Part shown: in pieces, positions 17,801-26,600 of the stretch | Layout: every line of letters begins with the position of its first letter | How positions within the stretch are numbered: position 1 is the stretch's first letter | IMG/VR virus record: IMGVR_UViG_641201006_000001 | Location: 32,001-96,000 of that record | Length of the DNA: 64,000 bases | Source: a virus | Lineage: Duplodnaviria; Caudoviricetes | Direction: 5' to 3' (one strand) | Notes under the pieces: model-generated | What the model was told of the DNA's origin: nothing | What the model saw: the letters and a program-made list of their open reading frames with translations, nothing else | Databases searched by the model: none | Position numbers and translations under genes: made by a program

Positions 17801-20578
17801 AATACGATGCCGGACTGGTTACCGGGTAGCGATTACTTCGTTAACTTCCAAACAGGTGACCCCTACATCAAAGTGAAGAAGGGTGAATCACGTTTACCGG
17901 GCGAAGGGTATGAACGTTTATACAACATTGATTCTGAGAAGATGATGAAGCTAGATATTGGTGCATCCTTCATTGGATATGACGAACAACAGATTCGTGA
18001 CCATATGTTAAAGCGTGATGCCTATAAAGCAGAAGCCTTCAATAAGATTCTAAAAGCTGGTACGAAGATACATGAGCAAGTAGAGAAAGACTTACTGGCA
18101 AAAGGCGTAGCAGATGCGTCTGAGGAATATGTAAAGGATGAAGCAACAGGCATTGGCGGATTCTTCGACTTGTATGCAAACAATACAAAGCTACTCGACT
18201 GGGCGTTACAACAGAACGTAGCAGAGTTTAAATTCTATCAAACGCCACGAGAGGAAAGCGGAAGAGAACCGTCAGAAGCACTCGGCGGATTCTATGAAGA
18301 GGTCGATGTATTAAATGACATGGATAATACCCAGCGTCAAAGTTTCCTTGAACAATTCGTAGATGTGTATGGACAGGAAAGTGCGACAGTCGATATTAAG
18401 ACCCGTGGTGCAAAAGCATTCGCTAAAGAAGGGATGCACTTTGAGAACGTACAACAGCTTAACTTCTATGCAAAGCAAAAGGGTACACGCATGAACTACT
18501 TCATTGAGTTAAACCGTGACAACCCCGATGCAGGGATTAAGATATTTGCGTTCCAACAAAGTGATGACCTGCTGAACTATACGACGGAAAAAGTACAACG
18601 AGTGCGAGAAGGTATCCGTCAAGACATGGAATCCGGTAAGCTACATCGTGGTGACCTCTATGATCCAATCGACAGATTCAGAATACTAGCTGACGTTGCG
18701 CCGTACTCACAAGAGTATCGTGATATGAAAGGTCAGCTATCGAATATGAACTTAGATGAAGATGATATGAAGGAAGCGCAGGAGATTAAGAAGCAAGTAT
18801 CAGAACGAAAGCACAAGTATCGTTTCTATGACTACCGCTTCAAGACTGCGAATGTCGATGAAAAGATGGTTACAGTAGACCATGTAATCGACAGTAATAC
18901 ATTCGTATCTATGGAGTTTCCTGATAATCCAATCCGTCTGGCTGGGGTTCGTGTAAGTACCGCAAAGGATAACCCGATTGCAGACGAGGCGGCTCGTGTC
19001 ATTGGTCAAACCATCAAGGAAGGTTCGAAGATTCGTATACAGTATGATGCTGACGAGCAGAACCAAATCAAGGATGATACGTATAAGACGCTCCAAGCGG
19101 TTGTATACGACCACAAAGGACGTAACCTAAACAAATACCTTATCGACAATGAACTCGCAAAAGAGAAAGAGAATGACTACTCTGCGGCTGCGGTTCATGC
19201 ACGATTTACACCGGGTGAAATTAAGTTCGGTTCGATGTGGGAAAGCTTTGCTCATATGGATACTATCCTGCATACAAAGTTACTACAAGTTCGTTCTCCG
19301 CTTGAGTCTTATGAGCGCCGTGAAGTATACGGAAAAGACTGGCAAGAATGGACTGACCCAATTGAAGACTTCCTGATTCCTGCGATTCAGAGTTCTGCTA
19401 TTCATAATCCCGTTGTCGCAATCGGCGGTGGAGCAATTGCTGGTATGATGTTTGGTTCTCTAAAACCATCTGATATTGGCGGAGAGAAAGTTATTGGTCG
19501 TTACGGGAAGATCGTCGGCGGATTCATCGGTGCATCTGTTATGGGTATCGCTGTACTGAACCGTATGCTTACAGAAGCCATAACAGGAGAAGCATGGATT
19601 CCAGAACGTAGACAGAAAGAGCGTGACACAGAAGAATACTTCGATGTGTTAGAGTACATTAAGTACAACGCACTGTATGACCAGTATTCAAGAAAGGCAT
19701 TAAAGGAAGAAGGCATCAACGTTGAATCGTATTTAAGCAACGAGAAGTTCGAAGGAGATAAGCGTAAGCAAGATAAGACTGCCTTACAGGAAATCAAGAA
19801 AGAACTGTATCGTTCTCGTGCGAATCAAGTTGGGCCACTCATTGCGAAACTACGTGAGCAGTATGGCATCGAAGCAGAGACAAAAGAAGAAGCGATGAAA
19901 GCCATCAATAAAGAAATCACGAGTCTTACAACGCACAGGGAGATTAAAGAACTGTCTCCCATTGCAGCAAAAGCAATCATGTATAAACAGGCTGCGAAAC
20001 AAACGATGTATGGATACGAAGCAGGTGACCCAATTGCGAATATCTTATCGGCATTGCCGAAGAAAGACCGTGAGTACCTGACTCCATTTATCAAAGCGCC
20101 TGAGGAAGAAAGACAGAGAATCCTAGACATCGTGCCGAATTACATGAAACGTGTACTACAATCAGCATGGGGATTAGATGTAGATGAAAAGACACCACTG
20201 AAAGATTACTTTAAGAAACATGCACTGCCGGGTGCGAACTGGGAAGGTTGGAGAGAGAACGTATCTCTTGATGACATAAAGGTCAAGTTTGTTGACCGAG
20301 TGGGACTCGACCCGTCAGAATTTAATATATGGGAAAATGACAAACAACGTGCTGATAGGCTGAACGTACCAACGCCTGATGTGTTCAATGGACGAGAAAG
20401 TGCAGAAGAGTATTCTCGTAAGTTAAAAGAAATTTTAACAGGCTCTAATATTCATGGACTAAATATTGATATAATAGAGTCAGACAAACCGGGAACACAT
20501 ATAAATATGAACATTGCGCATGATCGACGTGACGATGTTCAGAAAATTATCAACCGTGATGGTCATTACATGTTATAA
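14786..20578 (+). CDS. Giant (1930 aa) tape-measure-position/ejected protein with membrane segments, a PD-(D/E)xK nuclease domain and an SNase-like domain
   Basis: Hydrophobic segments VIMGGIATVGLVAGGYLAF and VAIGGGAIAGMMFG...IVGGFIGASVMGIAVL. Motifs GTKIH..E..GFFD..VDIKT..QQLNFY and VDHVIDSNT..IRLAGV..NLNKYLIDNELA. Confidence 0.75.
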   Translation: MADTTQYRNKYRGYLEDDADTYLSPEMDPTAKVIMGGIATVGLVAGGYLAFKKGALKDVMHSTIAKAGSFRRGKTIAMNDAVRKWSQDDRMDELGNAVMNLMKGKPKESKKSAKEFLDVMRDFKRHKDGALQEHADRVARMKESQLRDREIEIKTEMASHKAMQERFRKDNNDEKAVQRVSKLFDQTIFDRRNLDKKLEKARELQTGFRHATINDLIRLGEINEAEDWVQEGITISTREFMKKAQGEEAIKKAGEDGRRHFLNKVADNSILIDKKDKIADLRDFRDTFEGMVHSLTTDFTIPLVKINPLRMFYMDHFFTDKSKPLFHVATSDTKNPIVTGHNGAQGKPIVFADGKLFDVMHKDEAGNMVTKQIDGDYFLADAQKGPVARLLRNMSGISISEFSKPEANAPFIKKAKYHLGSFFDVGFQDEPGGQLDLLDPTSWGTSLINTVTGRFRQSEYVKRMDYLSNAFGKDKDFIYMRRHMDLKDAPSYKDYLNQFRAGRDNMDEVTMSTMFGYGFFERLNATLNQVNLGLSNKALGSAYDVFEGLLLKRVAPIWAGMELWDYMNYESENLLGFQFEDRFAQMYANSSVEIAKVRDNLGITDWAKGVAPLLVGGSELAEIPILGNLLDWNDTAEETQDYWENGEVAVRKGRWWQLGNTPYIGGKTEYYQPNWVRRTLADVKFSESQYGSREEYYENSWMPSLRHPFAPIKHFFTDQYHWEEKHYQDRPYMITGGIPEIENFPLIGPILNSTIGQLLKPQRQMHMEAWNGDVQGMPLPVPPETLEYAQERTVPMTFDNDGNASFGFASNEDNETDEDGNTEIDPGASVPILTQGAAYNMLPPETKEQNQALQEKLFSYITAGGQVQLLRGDPGATIWDATSVMDTKAPMSTGLFKQERLPMNKDKVETGAPLETDVQLHQMLGNLHYNMTEMGGFYGFITTSIFGQVGNSNPILQSSSDLSSYTRAFWDNDIGGFGGDANEIFRRFLPSETFEHKQNEINPVANTMPDWLPGSDYFVNFQTGDPYIKVKKGESRLPGEGYERLYNIDSEKMMKLDIGASFIGYDEQQIRDHMLKRDAYKAEAFNKILKAGTKIHEQVEKDLLAKGVADASEEYVKDEATGIGGFFDLYANNTKLLDWALQQNVAEFKFYQTPREESGREPSEALGGFYEEVDVLNDMDNTQRQSFLEQFVDVYGQESATVDIKTRGAKAFAKEGMHFENVQQLNFYAKQKGTRMNYFIELNRDNPDAGIKIFAFQQSDDLLNYTTEKVQRVREGIRQDMESGKLHRGDLYDPIDRFRILADVAPYSQEYRDMKGQLSNMNLDEDDMKEAQEIKKQVSERKHKYRFYDYRFKTANVDEKMVTVDHVIDSNTFVSMEFPDNPIRLAGVRVSTAKDNPIADEAARVIGQTIKEGSKIRIQYDADEQNQIKDDTYKTLQAVVYDHKGRNLNKYLIDNELAKEKENDYSAAAVHARFTPGEIKFGSMWESFAHMDTILHTKLLQVRSPLESYERREVYGKDWQEWTDPIEDFLIPAIQSSAIHNPVVAIGGGAIAGMMFGSLKPSDIGGEKVIGRYGKIVGGFIGASVMGIAVLNRMLTEAITGEAWIPERRQKERDTEEYFDVLEYIKYNALYDQYSRKALKEEGINVESYLSNEKFEGDKRKQDKTALQEIKKELYRSRANQVGPLIAKLREQYGIEAETKEEAMKAINKEITSLTTHREIKELSPIAAKAIMYKQAAKQTMYGYEAGDPIANILSALPKKDREYLTPFIKAPEEERQRILDIVPNYMKRVLQSAWGLDVDEKTPLKDYFKKHALPGANWEGWRENVSLDDIKVKFVDRVGLDPSEFNIWENDKQRADRLNVPTPDVFNGRESAEEYSRKLKEILTGSNIHGLNIDIIESDKPGTHINMNIAHDRRDDVQKIINRDGHYML

Positions 20579-20604
20579 GGAGTTCGGTTGCGGACTCCTT
20601 TTTT
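20577..20604 (+). terminator. Intrinsic terminator between the two giant genes
   Basis: aaggagttcg-gttg-cggactcctt followed by a T run. Confidence 0.8.
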
Positions 20605-20622
20605 ATACAGAAAGGGGTTGCG

Positions 20623-23600
20623 ATGATGAATAACTATAACGAAAACTATGCACGAGAAATATTCTTCAACCGCATGATGTACTTTATCAATGAGATAAAG
20701 ACTGGCATGGTGAAAGATGGTGTTCAGAATCCTGCGGCTGAACAACAACTATTAACACAGGCGCACAATGTGATACAAGCGCAGACGATGGCGGATACAA
20801 ACTACAAGTTCCAACTGAATAACATCTATGCATTAACACGAAACTCTGACCCGGTTACATTAGGGAATACAATGGCAAACAATATCAAGGACTTAGGTTA
20901 CTTACCTGATTCGATGAAACGTGTTGCCGAACGACAAGCGGTATCCTTTACGGAGGAACTAAACTCATTTATGTCAGGGTTACAATCGAGAGGTTTAACG
21001 AATACGTCAACATCCGTTGTAAAAGCAAATAGTATGTTAACGAATACCGAAACATTTATCCGTCATGATCTGTATCAAAGCGTGGAGGACATCGGTATCA
21101 TTGGTCGTCGTATTCATGACCAAAACTTCTATCACGATAATGTATTCGCACAAGTTAACGAGGCAATCTTCCAGTATACACAGGGAGCTGATGCAGTTGA
21201 CCAGCAAGGACGTAAAGTTGGATTCTCCGACTTAGAAAGAAGCTATCGTGATTATCTCATGACACAATCTATTACAGCGCAAGAGATGGATAGATGGGGC
21301 GTAATCGGGTATACCGACGACAAGATTAATAAGGTACTTGCCAACATTGACCATGACCCTGCTTCCTTCCGTATCTTCGCTCATGATTTACAACAAGGTG
21401 TGAATCAATACACTCGTTTAATCAAAGGCGACAGACAACAGCTAAACGGCGTGCGACAAATCTTAAAGGATGCAGAAGCGCAAAAGAAACCTTTAGTTGA
21501 AGTTATTGAGAAGTCGTATGCGAATACGAAGATCGGGCAAGAGGTATTAAAGAAAGTACGAGCAAGTGGGAATAAGACAGATGATTACGTTCGTAACATG
21601 ATGCGTAACTTCATGATGATGAAAGGCAATATGGAAGTACCGGTGGTTCTTGCATCTAGTGTCACTGACCAAACGCAACGTATGGTAGATGCTATCGGCG
21701 GAGCAATGAAAGAGATGAACAATCCGAAGAATCCTGACTATGCCTTGTATCAAAAGTACCGTGGCATCAAAGGTGAGCATACGAAGTTTATGAACGAACT
21801 GTACACGATTCGTAAAGAGGCGAACGTAGAAGGTAGCTTATACATAAACAATCAAGAGAGTTTATCTCACCGTGCAAACAGTATGAATATGAATGAAGAT
21901 ACGAACGTTGCTTACAAGAAGGAAACTCTCCCTGATGTAAACGGTGAAGACCGTCCACGATTAAATGGAGAGAAACGTTCAACACTACCATCGCAAAGCA
22001 ATGAGTATGTATCGAGAACATATGATACGAAAATGGGTTCTGTTATTCATATTGATGAAGCAAACAATACGTACTATGAATCCAATCGTCTTGCTATGAT
22101 CTTGGATGCAAATGACGAAGCGGAACGTAAACATAAACGAGCAATCGAGGAACAATTGGCAGAAGGTCGTGAACGTCCACAACAACCAATGAATAGATTC
22201 CGTAATATCTTCGCCCAGTATTTTGTAGAGACAGGAAGCGAAGAAGCAAAACGATTAGCTGGCAAAGCAGAAGCAGACCTATCGGTGGTATTCAATAAGG
22301 ATAAGTATGACCCGTCTATGCGTAACGTTATATCGGAAGCTACCTTCAATGATATTAAGGAACGTATTGCTAACAAAGAAGTATCATACGAAAACTTTAG
22401 CATCACTCGTTATCAAGCGAAAGACCGTAACCAACGTAGCGTTGATAAGTGGGAATCGGCACTAGAGAATAACGAGTCCATTCGTATGAAGGGTAGCGAG
22501 GTTGGTCACCGCATCGTTCCGAATAAAGATGGTCGTGCCGTAAGTTCAGATGGCTACGTTACATTAGAACGTGAACATGAACTGGTAGAGAATGCACGTA
22601 TCAAGATGAAGGTTGAACAGGAGAATGTACAAGACCTACTCGACCAAATGGATGAACGACGTAGACGAGCGAAGGTTACAGAAGAAGCGTCTCGTAAAGT
22701 TGTAGAAGAAATCCAAGACGACGCATTCATTAACATTCGATACAAGCAAGAGGCTGTAAGCGAAGACCTGAAAAACCGTAGTGAGTTCTTGTACGAACGA
22801 CTATCGAATACAGATAAATACTTACAAGATAATGACCTAACGAAGTACGGCATTAAAGAAGCGAACGTTCGAGCAATTGATATTGCGAATGAGTTCAATG
22901 TATATCGTAAGAATTTAACGGAATTGGATCCGGAAGGTATCGAGCATCGTAAGTCATTACCGAAGTTCTTATTACGTATGGCAGAATCTCATGCGCCGTG
23001 GATGATGGATGATACATCTGAACTGGTGAGTCATTCTGAGGTTGCACTTCGTGAAGTATTAAACCGTATGGCGAATGGTCAACAGACTATCGACTTAACG
23101 GACGAAGGTTTACTAAAAGAGTTCGATGTATATGCAGAACGTGATGCAATGGGGCAACTCACACAGCGTGCTGAAAAGCAACGTAACCAGTTCATTGAAA
23201 ACCTAGCAGGTCGTAATATCTCGCAACGACTAGAAGATAATTTATTCTTAAAAGTGCTTGGCGAGATGGTACAACAGAACTTCCAAGACAAGGGTACAAA
23301 TGGCGGAGTTGAAAGTTTAATCCGTGCGGCTGCTGATATGGCAGAGCAAAATGACCGCCGTGGGATTGCGCATGATATTCATTCCATGATTAAGTCTCCA
23401 ACAATGGAGTTCTTATTTAAAGAACACGGATACTATGCACAGGCAAGATCATTAACACCTGACCAAATTGGACGTATCATTCGTGAACGAGAAATGACAG
23501 AAGCATCAATGGTATCGTTCGAACGACTAATACAGAATGATGTGGACTTTAGCACGGCTGATGAGATATGGTCACAGCGTGGTATCAACCCAATGGAGGG

Positions 23601-26600
23601 TCAAGAAGTTCGTGTAGGCGGAGATGCTTACATCAAGCAAGCCTATGACGAAGTATATGATACTCGAATAGCGAATGCTTACGGTAATCCTGAACAAAGC
23701 GTTGTAACAAAACTAGGTAGCTTAACAGATACAGACTACAAAGGTGGTCGTGTCACAGATGAAGCTGAGATTATGGAACGCTCGAAGGCACAGCTATTAC
23801 GAGTAAAAGAAGAAGAGTTAACGATGGAGTACAAGGCAAACAAAATGAATACCTTCATCGAAGACCTGAAAACAAAAGGTGTATCCTTCAATCATATTGA
23901 TGATGTTAACACGATGCTTGATTTAGCGAAGGAACAAGGTATGGAACATATCGAGGCTACGGTTCGTGACCAACCTGCTTACATCTACAAAGGTGAGAAG
24001 GGCGATGTTATCGCTCACTTACTTCGTGATGATCGTCGTATTCAGTTAGTAAACTCCTCTGCTGGATTACAAGACAGCGTGCATGTGGACGATAAGTATC
24101 CAACAAAGTTATACGGCGGAGCGCAGATTCAATATGACTACGGTGATGGTGGTGTACCAGTTCGTCACCAATACACTTCTTACGATACGATTCAAGGTAG
24201 TGGTAAGTTTGCTCGTAGTTCCAATCCATCTGTTACGGTAGAAGGCTTCCAGCGATTCCTACGAGGTACAGATAAGATGACGTACCTTGATATAGAAACA
24301 ACAGGTTTATCGGGTTCTACTTTACCGGAAGAAGTTATTCAGCCTCTTGAGGTTCATATGCAGAAGGTTCAGTGGGATAGAAGAAACGGACGTTTATTAC
24401 AGAACGAGGATGGAGAGTTCGTGATTCGTCACGCTGGTCGTGAGACTGTTCGTGAGCAACAGCTTATCATGGGTCTGAAACCTGAGACAAAAGCATTCAT
24501 GGAAGATGTTATTGCGAACGAGGACTTCCGATTCACCGTTGGTGATAGAAGCTATGACCTGATTGATTACGAACATCACAAGGGTCGTATTAATGACTTA
24601 ATCAACAAGTCCGAAAATGCGGTAGACATTCGCAGACAAATCGTAGAGAAGCAAGATAAGTTATGGTTCCTACGTAACATTGCGAAGTATGCATTCCCTG
24701 ATACAGAAGATCATGGAGAGATTATGCGATACCAACAGTATGCAGGTAACATGGAACTTCCGAAGAGTGGTTCTGAGTTCCTGACTGTATTGCGAGAAGA
24801 TGTACAAAAGGCTGCTGATAACTTAGCGAGCGCAGGTACATCCGGTGGTGTGAAGTTCTCACCAGTGCAGGTTGGTACGACAGAAGAAGGTATGATTAAA
24901 CACGTATCTCGATTCGTCGGAAAAGGAATGCTTGCAGGTCAGAACGTAGCAGATGCCGATTGGAGTAAGTTCGTTAACATCTCAAATAAGTTAGTGCAGG
25001 AGGCGACGTTACCATTTAAGACAGCGCAGAAAGCGTTGATGGATGGTATCACAGATGTAGCCAACACACATGTACTGGATACACTTCGTGACATTCAATT
25101 AGCCGCGAACTTATCTGATGTAAATGGATTCGACAAAGCAACGAAAGCCTATATCGAACCAGTCATCAAACAGATGATGAAAGAAGATACAGGTTACAAG
25201 TCACTGAGCGACGTATTTGACGATATACGTAAAGCTAATAGCGAAGGTATGGGACATGAACGATTCACTGCTATGCTAGATTCTCTGCAAGCTGGCAAAG
25301 ATGTAGACGGATTCGATAGCAAGTTAACGATGAACCTACATCGTAGAATCGAAGACTTCGCTCACATTGATGATTTATATCAAAGTGCAAGTGAAGGAAA
25401 CTCTATGCCGAAGTGGGCGAAGAAGGGTAAACTTAACCACTTCAATGATGAGTCCACAAAAGAAATGCTAACAGGTATTGATAAGCTAGTTAAAGATGTG
25501 AATGTAACTGGTGACGAATTGCGACGTGTACAGAAGATACAAGCAGACTTACCACGACCTAAGATTGTAGAGCAAATGTACTTATACAATATGGTCAATC
25601 CAAATGCGGTAGGACGTAGTGCAGAAGCACAGTTCGAAGCAATGAATATAAAAGTAGATGATGCAACAGGTCTTCACTTGGCTCGTGCCGATGTTCGAAA
25701 CAACTTAAAGTTAATTGAACGATACGGACAAGAGTTAGGTTATGACCCTGACTTCATGTTCTTTGATACAACGCCACTACAAAAAGGTGATGTCGTTGAC
25801 CTACATACATCATTCGATGACCGTATTGCACGAGGCGTATACTCGGTAGACAGTATTGATAAAGCAAAGCATACAATGACATTCGGACGTACACTAGAAG
25901 ATGGTACAGAAGAGATGCATACGATATACGGGAAATCAAGTGCTGACCTTTCTCGTAAAGTAAACAACCACTTCGCTTTCATTGGTACAGGTGGTGACGC
26001 AGGTGCGACAGAGTTAGCTATTGACCGATTCACACAAGATAATGCAAGACGACAAGTGAATCGTGCGATGCGACATGCTGATGTATTTGATAAGTACAAC
26101 AATGAGATTGATGAACTGGTTGAGAATAACAAACTGACGCACGACCCTCTTCGTAAGATGCAAGCTATTTATGAAGAAGCACAGGATAAAGTAAATCCTG
26201 AATATGGCCCAGCGATGCATCCAAAAGATTTATCACTAGCAGAGCAAGTCGCCCTGCATAAAGATAACGTCAACTTCTTTGAAGGTACGGCGGTGCAAGA
26301 AGCATTAGATGAAACAGCATCGAATACAAAGCGTCTTGCCTTTGATAAGACGGAAGACTGGATGTTATCACCTGAGGGTAGACAGCGTTATACTTTCTTA
26401 GATGAGGTTCGCTCAATGGAAGCAGCCGGAGCATTGGATCCGAAGATGAGTAATACACTTGTGAAACAATGGAACGATGCGATTAAAGAAGAGGGATTAA
26501 GACGAGGAGCAAAACACTCTGTCTTCAACCGTGCGAATCTTGGTACACTCGATAACCGATTCGGATATATGAATGGTCGTCAGTTTGTATTAGATACATC

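Noticed and set aside
17950-18640. Cas4/CRISPR system or intein-borne homing endonuclease
   Set aside because: No repeat-spacer array or cas genes, no Fe-S cysteines, and no intein splice motifs (C/S...HN-C/S/T) were seen around the domain.
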